Assembly: GCA_035221665.1 (NCBI GenBank)
Contig: CM069156.1
Location: forward strand, 23,436,001-23,500,000
From: Okamejei kenojei
Lineage: Eukaryota
Direction: 5' to 3'
DNA length: 64,000 bases
Each line of letters begins with the position of its first letter. Within the stretch, counting starts at the first letter, position 1. Shown here piece after piece: positions 35,121 through 48,209 of this stretch. A model generated the notes under the pieces. The model saw only the letters and a program-made list of their open reading frames with translations, had not been told where the DNA came from and ran no database searches. Both the position numbers and the translations under genes were made by a program.

Positions 35121-35325
35121 TTGTAATACATTGAATGAAGTCATTGTGACCTCAAGTTCTCGGGTGGAATGTCCATCCGTCAGTTCAAAGTGTGCGGACA
35201 CCGCATCTGCGACTTTTATAGCCATCCTATCTCGTTCCAATGCTGTTGTTCCACTATCTGCCAATTTTTTTCCTACTTTACCTAACCGCCCTCAGTGCCC
35301 CCTTGCCCACTTTCTCTTACCTTAA
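35121..35325 (+). CDS. Probable ZDHHC C-terminal exon
   Basis: ttttatttcag acceptor; phase matches the previous exon; open to TAA at 35325; no conserved motif. Confidence 0.5.
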
Positions 35326-35649
35326 GAACGATAACTTTGGTGCTCCATTTCAAACTATATCCTCTCAATTGCCACCCTTTTTACCTGTTACCACATTAGC
35401 TACCCAATCTCCCTACACTATCCAGGCCAGCTCCCTCTCCTTATAAATGTCGTGCCTGATCCTCCACTGCCACTACTCGGATCAACATAACTTGCAACTG
35501 ATATGACAAACAATTTTCCTTCTTACCTTCACACTCTCACCTGTTGCTACTGACCCCCCCCCCCCCCAACCCCCTGCTCCTACTGGCGTATTGCCTCTCC
35601 CTTTATTAATGTTCTTGCTACTGATCTCATCCAAACATGAAGGAGAAGA

Positions 35650-37120
35650 GTCAGGATTTGAAGAGAGATATTTGGACTGATGGAGGTGCACTCCAAAGCC
35701 TGTGACCTGTGCAGCTGAAGGCATGATGGCCAATGAAGGTACAACTGTAGTACTGAGAGTGTAAGTACATTTAAATAATTGCAAGGAGAGAGCTGATTGA
35801 CCACAGATGTTGATATAAATGATTTGATCTATCTATCATATCATGTTTGGTGTTGAGCTTGGATAGGATAATGGTATTAAAAGCAGAGCTGTGGTCTATG
35901 AATAGAAGTCTGACGTAGGTGTCTCTCCTATCCAGGTGTTCTAGGGATGAGTGTAGCGTCAGGGAAATGACATCAGCCATGGACCTGTTGCGGCGGTAGG
36001 CGAACTGCAGTGGGTCAATGCTGATTGGTAGACTGGATGCATTCCAGAACCAGCCTCCAAAAGTATGGATAGATGTCCGCTGTGCAGTGGTCATTAAGGC
36101 ATGAGATCTTGCTTTTCTTTGTCATTGGGATGATAGTGATCTTCCTGAAACAGGTGGGAACGGAGTAGGGAGAGATGAAAGAAATCCATGAATATTCCCG
36201 CTAGTTGGTCCACGCAGTTTCTAAGGATACGGCCAGTTGCTTTCCATGGATATACCCTCAGGAAGGCTGAGCTAACTTCAGCAACATTGACCGTGGGAAG
36301 AGGCACAATTGAGTCTGATGGGATAGATGTCATCACTCATCACCCTGTTGACCTTCTGCCCAAAGGGAGCATAGAAAACATTATGTTCATCAGGTGGGGC
36401 TGCACTATCACCAGTGATGTTGCCTGATGTAACTCTGCAGCTAGTTTTGGTATTCAGACTTTGCCACATTCTGCAGTATTTCAATTATTATATTGGGACT
36501 CAAGTTTGTCCCGGTATTGTCTCTTGATATCCTTGATGACTTAGTGAAAATCATATCGATCTTCCTTGTACTGCTCTGGATTGTATGACTTGACTTGTAT
36601 GCAGTGGACCTGGCCTTCGCCTATGAATGTATCTCATGGTTCGTCCATGGTTTCCAGTTGGGGAACACTCAGATGGTCTTTGTCGGCACGCACTCCTCTA
36701 CACACTTGCTGATGAAGTCCGTCATGGTAGTGGTGTACTAATTCAGGTTGTCTGCAGAATCCCTGAACATGGAATAGTCTACTGACTCAAGGCAGTTGCC
36801 TAGGATGCCATCTGTGTCCGCCGACTAGCATTGAATAAATCACTGCACCGGTTCCTCCTCTTTTCGTTTTTGTTTGTAGGCAGGGAGTGGAAGCATAACT
36901 AAGTGATCAGATTTCATGAAATGTGGCTGACGAACAGAGCGGTAAATGTTTTCTATTGATGTGTAGCAGTGGTCGAAGATGTTCTGGCACTGGTGGGAGA
37001 AGAGACATGCTGATAGTACTTTGGTAGTACACCCCTGAGGTTGGCTTGATTGAAGTCGCTGGCTACAATGATTAGGGCTTCGGGATGTTTTGTCTCATGG
37101 CTGTTGATAGCGGGATACTG
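35650..37120 (-). mobile_element. Rex1/Babar LINE fragment, degenerate
   Basis: DPLQFAYRRNRS...YVRLLFIDHSSAFNTI; DFNQANL. Confidence 0.8.
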
Positions 37121-38229
37121 TCTCAAGGCAATTGATTGGAAATATTGTGAATCCACTTTCCTCCTTCAGATTGGACACCTGCCACAAAATCTGGATGGAA
37201 TTCATTGTACATTGGACAAATGATGTTTCTGGCCTGTGGCATAATACTGATATCTTCCATCACACCTACAATGCAGGGTGAACAACCACAACTGAATAAA
37301 GTGATGGCAGAATTATCACATCACCTACCCATGACCCTACAACCCTGGGCCTGGTTCCGCAAGGACCTCACTTTCCAGCAGCCCATTGGAAAGCAACAGA
37401 CTGTGTCACCTGGATGATTCTTGTTTAGTGATCAAACAGTGAGTCCCTCCCAACAATAATATGTTAATTAATGAATGAAAATGAACAGAAAATTAAAACC
37501 AAAAGATTTTGTTTTTTTAAAACGTCTGACCATTTTCTTCCTAATTGTCAAGCTATTGTTTACAGGGATTGTCTTTTGCAGGCTCCAGCACAATTGAGGA
37601 AGGCTTCAATGTGACATTTGGGCAAAATTATTCTCCGTCAACGTGGATCAAGAAGTTAGCAATTCACAAACATCTGTGAGGAGAGGAAGAGGCATAGAGG
37701 CAACATTCTACAAGTGTGACTTCTTGGTGAGTTGCAGTTTCTAGTTGCTCTGTATTGGTATTTGTTTATTATGAGCATGTACCAAGATAGAGTGGAAAAT
37801 GTTGATGACACCCTATCCAGATAAATCATACCAAATACGAGTACATCAGATGGAGCAAAGGAGAAAATATACATTGATAAAAAACACAATCACATCAGTC
37901 AAAATTCCAGCAGCCTCCCAGTTTTCTTAATCTCTGGCCTATGACTGATTTGGACATGTTTATTTGACCATCCCGAGCAATAAGGCCAGTTTTGACACCA
38001 TTAACTCTCCCTCAGTCCCCAACAAACAGTTTCTTGCTTACAATTGTGTGTGGGCTATCTGTTAAACTTCTACTTTACAAGGTTGCTTTGTGATAATCAA
38101 AAGCTTTGAATACCCTCAATTGGAGCGACAAGAGACAACTGAGGGGATAAATTAATACAAATGAAATATTTCTCTGGGCAATCAAGGAAGGATGGAATTG
38201 CAGTGGAGTTGGATGCAATTGTCCGATTT

Positions 38230-38462
38230 TTAATATTTACTAGATGGGTCCCGTCTCCTCAAGGAGACGGGACCCATCTAGTTGTGAGGGGGGGGGGGGG
38301 GGAGGGAGAGGGACGACCTGCGTCGCCACACACACTAACCACCCCCACACACACACACTAAATCCATCCCCCTCTTGATATGATATTATATTAATATTAT
38401 TCAGTTACTCCTTTTACCCCACACATCCACATCGAAGATAGGAGTTTTATAGTTATAATGAT
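38230..38462. mobile_element. Short non-autonomous repeat with a 21-bp perfect palindrome (possibly Helentron/DINE-like)
   Basis: ACTAGATGGGTCCCGTCTCCT-CA-AGGAGACGGGACCCATCTAGT at 38239-38282; G run; AGTTTTATAGTTATAAT tail. Confidence 0.45.
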
Positions 38463-38599
38463 AACGATAAGACAGGTATCAAATTGTAAGGGGGTTACAA
38501 ATGGGGGTTACAATGTTCAAGAAATGAGCAAACGATAAAGTGTGAGAGACAATATAACAATGGGATATTGTAATCGGAATGAGATGCACTGTAAGACTT

Positions 38600-39290
38600 T
38601 TTGTGAATTTTTTTTTTAAAAAACGTATTCATAAAATGTCTACAAAAACACGAAACAGTACAAGGGCTTTTCTTAACATTTGTAATGTTGTGCATATATT
38701 CATAATATGGTCTAGTCTGTAGTCTGTACACCCAAAGGGTTGTCAAATGTTATGTGCAAAGCACCAATGTCACTCCTTTCAACATACACCCTTGACGGTG
38801 CTGTTAAAATATGTCCCAGTGCCTTGGTTCCCTGTGGTAGCAAGGCCTTAGGTTGCAATCTTTGTATTGGCTCTACCAAGCTTTGGTAAGTCCCTTAGCA
38901 CGCACTCCTTGGAACATGCCTTGTGGCAGCATTCACTTATGGACAACTCTTGCTCTGGAAGACCAACAAGATTTGAGCAGGCACAAGTGTATCTTTCACC
39001 ATGTTGATAATCTTCCAGCAATTATATTGGCTTAGTATATGTTGCTGTTTAAAGCTGGTAGATCTTTTACACAACTGTTCGGGATGAACTTCGTCGGGGA
39101 CCGTTGCGTCTTTTTCCTGCCAAACTTTGCAAATGCACAATTCATAAAGAGATGGACAATTGTCTCATCCTCACCACAGCTGCCCAGAGGTCCGCATGCG
39201 TTGAGAGTGAGATTACAACCATGCAGGAAGGGTCTGATGGGTAGAGTGACGCTCGCCGGAAGCCAACAAGTTCCTGGTACCAAAGATCAT
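38600..39290 (-). mobile_element. Tx1/L1-clade LINE 3' fragment
   Basis: C-terminal zinc finger CG..CGEDETIVHLFMNC; poly(T) ~38608-38617. Confidence 0.7.
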
Positions 39291-39819
39291 AGAGCGGTGC
39301 AAGATACTCCACTCAGCGAAAAAAACGTAGTTCGTCATGGGTGATTTTTCATGCCATTTTGATGGGCTGCCTAGACTAACGTCATGGTCTACACCTACAG
39401 CTCACTGTTCTACTATAAATTGCTGTAATCAACAGTGTAGACGAGACCCTACCTGTCTTTCTTCAGGTTCCCCAATAACAAAGAAAGGTGGGAAAATATT
39501 ATTGTTTTTTGCGATATTATTCTGTCCTGAAAATGTTATTTTCTGCTCTCCCTTCAACAGTCATTGGGAAGCTAGGTTTGTTGGTACATTAGAAAGTTAT
39601 TAGAATTATTTTAATAGATCTATACTTACCACAATAATAAAGTCATCGATTTTTACACTTATGTACATTTTTGTTTTTGTTCTTGTAAGGCAGGGGTCTC
39701 CAAAATATGGCCCGCAGGACGCATCAAGCCCACCACGAGATTTTTCACAATAAAGTCGGTTGGAAGATCAGGAGTACACCTTAGCTTATTGAAGAAGTCA
39801 AATAGCTTGATAACATCAG

Positions 39820-40150
39820 AGATGTTGCCCTGTATCTGGTAGTACATGCTTTCAAGCTTCTGCCCGATGGGAGAAGAGGGAATGACCAGGGTGAAAATGA
39901 TCCTCGATTATGTTTTTGGTATCCTGAGGCAGCGTGAAGTGCAGATGAAGACGATGGGTGGGGAGGGGGGAGAGGGTGGTTGGTTTATGTGATGATGCAA
40001 TTTCATGCAGAATGGACAGAGCCGTTACCAAACCAAGTTGTGATGCAACCCGATAGTATCCTTTCTATGATGCATCTAAGAAGTTGGTAGGCGTCTTAAG
40101 GGGCATGCCAAACTTCCCTTAATCTCCTGAGGAAGTTGAGTGTTGGTATG
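39820..40150 (-). mobile_element. Old Rex1-like LINE fragment
   Basis: Antisense FLRRLR.FG...ESILSGCITTWFGN-like remnant. Confidence 0.55.
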
Positions 40151-40639
40151 CTGTAGTATTAAAACTAAAGTTTATGCAACAAAGGAAAAAAACTTTGCTT
40201 TTCATGAAGTTCTTCATATCAATTTAAACCTTATTTCAATAGACCCATTGGTATACAGAGAATTATAATAATTACTCCCATCTGATATTGCTCTTGAATG
40301 ATAAATAGCCATAGCAAGTAAGTGAAATTCTTTTTTTGGTATATGTTCATAAACACTAAATCTAATTAATATATTAAAGAGCCTGTCCACTTGGTTAGTA
40401 GCACGTGTCCTTGAGTCAGAAGGTTACAGTCAAGTCTCAATTCCAGGAACTGAGTGCACAGCATGAAGATTCGGACGATTACTTCAAATCTTTGTCTTGG
40501 GGCATCATAGGTAAATAGGGTGGTTGAGAGAGTCAAGAGTGTTTTCTTGTTCTAGGTCTCAAAACTGAACAACGAAATTCTTACTTGCAGCAGCACAACA
40601 GATAGATATACAAATTACTCAGTAAATCACATAATAAAG

Positions 40640-43370
40640 AGATTATTTTTTTGGTACATTGGCGTTCTTCAGTCGAGTATAGAAGTTGAGATGTTATGTT
40701 ACGGTTGTACAAAATGTAGGTGAGACTATACATTAGAGTGGTGTGTTCAGTTTTAAGTATGGATGTCATAATGCTGGAAAAAAGTGCAGAGAAGTTTTAC
40801 GAGGATGTTGCCGGGATTCAAAGGGCTGAGCTTTAGGGAAAAGTTGGGCAGGCTAGGACGATATTCCTTGGAACGCAGGAGGCTGATGGCTGATCTTATC
40901 ATGAGGAGTTAGATAGGGTGAATTCACAGACTCTTTTACCATCGGTAGGGGAATCAAGAACCAGAGCGTAACAGTTTAAGGGGAGGGGAACGATTTAATA
41001 GGAACCTGAGAAGCAAGCATGCAGGTACAGCAGGCAGTGAAGAAAGCGAATGGCACGTTGGCCTTCATAACAAGAGGAGTTGAGTATAGGAGCAAAGAAG
41101 TCCTTCTGCAGTTGTACAGGGCCCTAGTGAGACTATACCTGAAGTATTGTGTGCAGTTTTGATCCCCTAATGTGAGGAAGGACATTCTTGCTATTGAGGG
41201 AGTGCAGCGTAGGTTCACAAGGTTAATTCCCAGGATGGTGGGCCTGTCATATGCCGAGAGAATGGAGAGGCTGGGCTTGTATACTCTGGAATTTAGAAGG
41301 ATGAGAGAGGATCTTATTGAAACATTATGAGATTATTACGGGTTTGGACACTCTAGAGGCAGGAAACATGTTCCCGATGTTGGGGGAGTCCAGAACCAGG
41401 GGCCACTCTTTACGAATAAGGGGCAAGGCATTTAGAACGGAGACGAGGAAACACTTTTTCTCACAGAGAGTTGTGAGTCTGTGGAATTCTCTACCTCGGG
41501 AGGTGGCAGCCGGTTCTCTGGATACTTTTAAGAGAGAGCTTGAAAGGGCTCTGAAAGATAGTCTGGGGATATAGGGAGAAGGCAGGAACAGGGTACTGAT
41601 TGTGGATGATCAGCCATGATCACATTGAATGGCAGTGCTGGCTCAAAGGGCCAAATGGCCTACTCCTGCACCTATTGTCTATAGCAACCTTTTCACTCAG
41701 AGGGTGGTGGTTATACAGATCGAGCTGCAGGGGAGATAGTTGACGTAGGCACAACAGTATTTATAGGACATTTGGATAGATAGATGGATATGAGGGTTAT
41801 TGGTCCAAGGCAGACAAATGGGATTAGCTTAGATGGGGTGTCTCTCTTGGCATGATTGAGCTCCAAAAATGACACCACTAACCAATTCCAATAACGTGCA
41901 GCACATGGAATCCAAGGCAAGTTGACCAAATGGATTCAAAATTGGCTGAGAGTAATAGAGTGATACAGCGTGGAAACAGGCCCTTCGGCCCAACTCACCC
42001 ACACCAGTCAACAATGTCCCATATACATTAGTCCCACTTGATAGTGCTTGGTCCATATGCTCCAAACCTGTCCTAGCCACGTACCTGTCTGTTTCTTAAA
42101 TGATGGGATAGTCCCAGCCTCAACTACCTCGTCTGGCAGCTTGTTCCATACACCCACCAACCTTTGTGTAAAAAAGTTATCCCTTGGATTCCTATTATAT
42201 CTTTTCCTCTTCACCTTGAACCCATGTCCTCTGGTCCTCAATTCCCCTACTCTGGGCAAAGGGCTCTGTGCAACTACCCGATTTACTCCTCTCGTGATTT
42301 TGTATACCTGCCCTTGTTTGACATCCCAAGATCCAATACCTCACACTTCTCTGTATTAAATTCCATCAACTCTTCCTCCGCCAACCTGGCCAATTGATCC
42401 AGATCCTGCTGCAATCGTTCTCAACCATCTTCACTATCTGCAAAACCACTAACTTTTGTATCATCAGCAAAGAAGTCAAAAGGCAATTGCGGCGGGTTGT
42501 TTATCTAATTGAAGACCTGTGACCAGTGGAGTTCTACAGGTGCTGGGTACACTGTTGTTTATTATCTCCATTAACAACTTGGTTGACAATGTTGGTAACA
42601 TTGTTAAATTTGCAGATTACACCTAAATCTGTGGTATATGGAGCAGGGAGATAGACATCCAAGTTTACAATAGAATCTAGAGCGTTGGGAAAGTGAGCCA
42701 AGGAATGACAAATGGAATTTAATATTTACACCAGTGAGGTGTTGTATGTTAAACGTAGGAAGACTTTCACAGTAAATGGTTGAGCTCAGGAGAGTGCTGT
42801 GGAACATAGAGCATCCAAGTGCATGAATCCCTGAAAGTCGCAAGTCAGATGGACAATGTGGTGAAGGTGGTGTTTGGCATGCTTGCATTCATTGGAAAGG
42901 ATACAGAGTATAAAAGTTGGGACATCATGCAAAAGTCATTAGCGACACACACCACTCTTGGAGGACTGTGTGCAGTTTTGATCACCCAACTGTCGGAACA
43001 ATATGATTAAATTGAAAAGGGCCAAAATAAAATCACTAAGATAGTATCTGGATTAGGGAGCTTGAGTTAAAGGGAGACTAGATCGTCTGGGACTTTATTT
43101 TCCTTCGGAACATAAGAGGCTGAGGGTGACCTTACTCAAATGTACCAGATCATGAGGGAAATGGATAAAGTGAATGTCCACTTTTTCCATTTCCCTTATG
43201 ATCTGGTACATTTGATTGATTTGAAAGCTAAACAGCATAGGTTTAAGGTGTGAAATTTAAGAGGGACTTCAGAAACAACTTTAAATAACAATTATGACTT
43301 TTAAAGGACATGTGAACAGATATATGGATAGGAAGAGTTTTATAGAAATATGGGCCAAATGCAGACATTC
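40640..43370. mobile_element. Cluster of nested CR1 LINE fragments (+ 40640-41850, - 41955-42475, + 42500-43370)
   Basis: ESRTRGHSLRIRG...FFSQRVVSLWNSLP; ELRTRGHGFKV...FTQRLVGVWNKLP; KFADYT. Confidence 0.82.
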
Positions 43371-44524
43371 TGAGCTACTACCAAGTCCAATTCCCCAATA
43401 CAACACAGTGAACACGAGCACTGTAAATACAACCCAATAGCCAAACATGAGTAGTACAACATAATAAAAACAGTATGCTGCGAATATTCAGTATCCAATG
43501 ATTATATCCACTTCCACAGACAGTGTTTGTGGAGAGAAAAAAAAAGTGAATGTCAAAAGTCATAAGCTTTTATCAGAACTGCCCAGATCTCAAACAAACT
43601 GAAAAGGCCATCTAAGCCCAAATTCAATCATCTTTACTAAGTCCTGAGGGTTGTAATGTTCTTAGTCAGAAGGTTTGTTGCTGTTCTTCAAGTTTACATT
43701 AGGTTTTATTGCAACAATACACAAAACTGTAGAGTGGTCAGAATGAGAGCAAGATACAGAAATAAAGTGATAAAGCAGTGAAAAATAAGGGTGTGAAGCA
43801 CAATGGAAATCCCAACAACTGCTTTCACAGCAGCTGAAGCCCATTCTGGGTGACTATTCAAAAATGTTTAAGAAGGAACTTTTTTGTTTAAGCTGGAAAA
43901 TTGAAGGTAGACAAAAATGCTGGTGAAACTCAGCGGGTGAGGCAGAATCTATGGAGCGAAGGAAATAGGCAACGTTTTGGGTCGAGACCCTTCTTCAGAC
44001 TCCTTCTTCAAAAATGTTTGGTGCCTCTGGGCAATTTTTGGTATTAAAAAAAATTTAGAAAAGCAAGTAAATGTGTTGTACAATACATCATATGCCTGCG
44101 ATGAAGTAAGATTGCTTTTTTGGCCATCACGAACAATACGCACTTTAACATAAACTCTGCTTTACAGAAAAAATTGCACACTAACAACAGTACAATCACA
44201 GGACTGTTATATTGGGAACACATATATCACAGCATTGCCATAGGAAATCTCATTTCAGTCATCTTTCCACACCAGTAAAATTTCAATAATTCAGTGAAAC
44301 AGACACCTGAGAATAAAGTGTACCTAAACAATTGTAGCATTTAAAATAATGTATGTTATTGCAGTTCAATGGTATGGTCTACAACAGGACGACAACTGAA
44401 AAGCAAATAGACATGTTCAATTTGGGGGAAAATTTCTAGATAAAGATCAAAGTTACAGAAAGACTGATTTGAAAAGTTATAAGCATAATGTGACAGGAAG
44501 ATACAAATTTCAACACTAAACAGG

Positions 44525-44840
44525 GTAGGACAGTGGCATAGCTACTGTTAAACAGTTGCTTCATAGCTCCAGTAATCTAGATCCAATCCTGACCTTTAGC
44601 GCTGAGTGAAATATATGCAATCTCTCTGTGACCGTTTAGGTTTCCTTCAAGTGCTCTGGTTTCCTCCACGTTCCAAAGACATGCAAGTTGGCAGGTTAAT
44701 TGGGTGCTGAAAATTGTCCCCAGCATGTTGAGGGTGCGTGTGAGTGTGTAGATAAAAATAGAACTTGTGTAAACGTGTGATTAATGCTTATGCACACTTA
44801 GGTTGAAAGGCCTATTTTCATGCAGTATGATTCCATGAGT
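44525..44840 (+). mobile_element. V-SINE (HE1-like, tRNA-derived), degenerate
   Basis: V-domain core GTTTCCT..AGTGCTCTGGTTTCCTCCAC..TCCAAAGACATGCA..GTT; a second antisense copy at ~51950-52135. Confidence 0.65.
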
Positions 44841-44965
44841 ACAGAGGCATCGGTAAACAACACCTCAGCAGAATAGTGAATAATTAAATTTGAAGTTGCT
44901 GTATCGAAGCAGCTGAAGTTGTTGAGTATGCAAAGCAACATGAGCAGTAGTAGATCAGAGCAGGT

Positions 44966-46416
44966 ATGTTACAAAACTTATCTTGAGCAGCGCTGCAGTT
45001 CTGCCGCTCCCCGTGTGCGTGACTTTGGCACCTTTCAGAGGGGGTGTTTTAAACGGCGTGTTTAAAGTGCCGTTTTTCTACAGACAGGGCAAATCGATCC
45101 ATGTCAGGGGATTTCGTTGCTGAAGAAAAATCGCGTGAGTGCCGACAACGGGAAGGATTTACGTAGGGGAGAAAATAAAGTACAGAGTTTATTTTTACAT
45201 AAAAACGTGCTTCTTAGGAAGCATTTAATCACATTTTCATGTTGCGAAATGGGGACAAAAAAAAAAACGAACCGGCAGTATTTTCCTGCCGACTTCACCG
45301 CAAAGTTCTAACCCGCCGCATTCCACTAAAACCTACTCGCAAGTTGATTTAAATGGCCATTAATTTACAGGAATTCAACACTACATTCCTTACATTTGGC
45401 CTATAAATTCATGAAAATGAGATTTAAAAATCATGTTATATTGTGAATTATTGTGTGAATGTTATTTGGACACTTAGGCAATTTAAAATGTTTATAAATG
45501 TTTATCTTTACTTAACAAATGGATTGATGTTTAGATCTAGTAATTGAATTTTGTAATTAGTTACAATTCGGGAACTAACTAATTATATGCTTTAATTTCA
45601 GGTCATCCAAGTAAGATTGTTTCATATTTGTTTCAGAATGCTTCAATCTATAATAACTGAAAATTTCATTGAGTTCTCTTAATTTTTAAGAAAGTTATGG
45701 GCTTTTGACTGTCCTAGATCACAGCTTTTGAGTTAAGTCAATGGAAAGACAGTCGGGAACAAGATGCTAATTTCCGAGTATGTAAATGGCCATAACTTTT
45801 ATAATACTGAAGATATGAAAGTGAATTAGGTGTCAAATTAAACTTCTTTTTATGCTTTATCTGATGGGATAAATTGCAGAAATTAAAACATAGAAACATA
45901 GAAAATAGGTGCAGGAGGAGGCCATTCAGCCCTTCGAGCCAGCACCGCCATTCATTGTGATCATGGCTGATTGTCTGCTATCAATAACCCGTGCCTGCCT
46001 TCTCCCCATATCCCTTGACCCCACGAGCCCCTAGAGCTCTATCCAACGCTCTCTTAAATCCATCCAGTGATTTGGCCTCCACTGCCCTCTGTGGCAGGCA
46101 ATTCCATAAATTCACAACTCTCTGGGTGAAAAAGTTTTTTCTCAGCTCAGTCTTAAATTACCTCCCCTTTATTCTAAGACTGTGGCCCCTGGTTCTGGAC
46201 TCACCCAACATTGGGAACATTTTTCCTGCTTCTAGCTTGTCCAGTCCTCCCTCATCCTTCTAAACTCCAGTGGATACAAGCCTAGTCTTTTCAATCTTTC
46301 CTCATATGACAGTCCCGCCATCCCAGGGATCAATCTCGTGAACCTCCGCTACACTGCCTCAATCACAAGGATGTCCTTCCTTCCTTGATTTTTAAAATCT
46401 CAACATTTTGTAACAT
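44966..46416. mobile_element. Non-autonomous DNA-transposon-like element with 11-bp inverted ends, containing a CR1 insertion
   Basis: ATGTTACAAAA at 44966-44976 and TTTTGTAACAT at 46406-46416; no clear TSD. Confidence 0.5.
45886..46381 (-). mobile_element. CR1 LINE 3' fragment
   Basis: (AACATAGA)n tail and antisense FTQRVVNLWN motif. Confidence 0.85.
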
Positions 46417-46524
46417 TGCTAATCAGAGGGCTGAAATGTTTAAGAAACGACTAAAAAGCTAATGGGCAAGGAAATAAACGATGAGAGAAAACTGACATGT
46501 AATATTGATATTCTATGGATATAT

Positions 46525-48065
46525 CAGGCACGTGCCGTCAGGGTAGGCAAGGTAGGCACTGCCTACCCTGACTAAGATTATGAAATGGCAATTATTAAAT
46601 ATAAATAGTAAAGGCATGGGAGAATTTTGCCTATCTGAGAGATGGATCTCTTAGGTAGGCATAATTCTCCGTGCCTTTCATCCGCAGCGCTTATAACACA
46701 GGAAGGGCTGAGCAACCCACGTGCCGTCAGCGCTGTCTGAGCCGTCAGTTTCAAGGGGAGCTGAAGGCAGCAGAAATTCTGCCTTTGCAGTACTGCGCAG
46801 GCGCAGCAGTATACTGCGCATGCTCAGCGCGTGTTTCTTGGCGGGATTTTCGAATATGGATTGCCATTATTTTAATAGTTTCTCAGGAAACAAAGAGTGA
46901 AGAATGGACTTAATGTACCAATAACGTGGTAAGTGCATTTCTTGGTGCTTAATTTTTATAAATACTTTATTTCCCGGGGTGGGGGGGAGAGCTCCGTTCA
47001 CAGTGTTTGGGTAGTCTGCCGTTGTGAAGGAGAGGTTCGGGGTCAGTAACCCACTTGCCACACTCCGGTCTGAATGCAGGTAGATGGGACTAGGTGAGAG
47101 TAAGTGTTCGGCACAGAGTAAAAGGGCCGAGATGGCCTGTTTCCGTGCTGTAATTGCTATATGGTTTTATTGTGGCTGGGGAGCGAATTAGCTTGGGTGG
47201 TTGCCGCAGCACTCCGGGCACAGACAGCACAACTGGCCGCCACTTCCGAGGAAGGAAGTAGCTCGAGTGAGCGGACACCGGAACCCTGCCACTTCAGCCC
47301 CGTCTGCTAGTCCCCTTCTCCTCTGGCTGTGCTCTCCGTCTGAACATCTCTCACCTGCCACTCACTGGCCGGCTTCCCGCAAATCTTTAAATTCCGACAG
47401 CGCGTTCACGGGACCAGTTGAGGTTACTCAACTGTGGGAATTTAAGGATTTGCGGGATGCGGTTGACATGAGCGAAGCCGGCGAGCGGCAGGTGAGAGAT
47501 GTTCATACGGAGAGCACTGCCAGAGGTGAGCGGGCCGGGAGAAGGCGCTGAAATGGCAGTCGGTTCTGTTATCGGATCCCGGCGGCTGCACGCACCCGAG
47601 CTGCTTCTATCCTCGGAAGTGGTAGCCAGTTCTGCTGTCCGTGCCCGGAGAGCTGCGGCAGCGGTGAGTGAGTTACTGATATGATCTCTGACCCCCCTCC
47701 TTTTCAACGCTCCTGCCCTCCCTGCATCATTAACCCCTGGCACAGACTCTCCACACACTGTGAAAGGAACTTTCCCTCCAAATGGACCCTTGAATTAGTA
47801 TTGTCATTCAATAAGATGACAACTGATTCAACGTCCCGGCGTGCTCCCGATTTTCCCACCATCTCTCCACCTGCCTTCATCCTCCGTTCCCCCACCCATT
47901 CAGTGATTAGAAAATGAAGGAGATTGAGAAGCCTTGGTAAAATTGAATTGTTACTTATTTTTAATTTTTTACAAAGAGAACAATCTGCGCATGCGCGGTT
48001 TAAGATTTTTTTTTTAAACGCCGGCTGACTGCCTACCCTGAGTAATTACTCACGGCACGTGCCTG
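46525..48065. mobile_element. Non-autonomous hAT-type DNA transposon (1.5 kb)
   Basis: TIRs CAGGCACGTGCCGTCAG and CTCACGGCACGTGCCTG; 8-bp TSD GGATATAT/GGATTTAT; subterminal GCCTACCCTG repeats. Confidence 0.85.
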
Positions 48066-48209
48066 GGATTTATATTTATATATATATATATATATAAATA
48101 TAAATCCCAGGCACGTGCCGTGAGTAATTACTCAGGGTAGCAGTCAGCCGGCGTTTAAAAAAAAAAATCTTAAACCGCGCATGTTTTATAATAATATATA
48201 TATATATAT

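Larger units (their letters stand above)
24171..35325 (+). pseudogene. DHHC palmitoyltransferase (ZDHHC5/8/9/19-like exon structure), probable pseudogene; 5' exons not found
   Basis: Phase-compatible exons 24171-24313, 26213-26382, 27771-27873, 33926-34017, 35121-35325; in-frame TGA at 24305-24307. Confidence 0.8.

Noticed and set aside
37582-37675. Possible further + strand exon (ttttgcag ... gtgag)
   Set aside because: No recognisable protein similarity, and it lies beyond the probable ZDHHC stop.
47201-47917. ORFs inside the 1.5-kb hAT-type element
   Set aside because: No transposase motifs; part appears to be captured repeat sequence.
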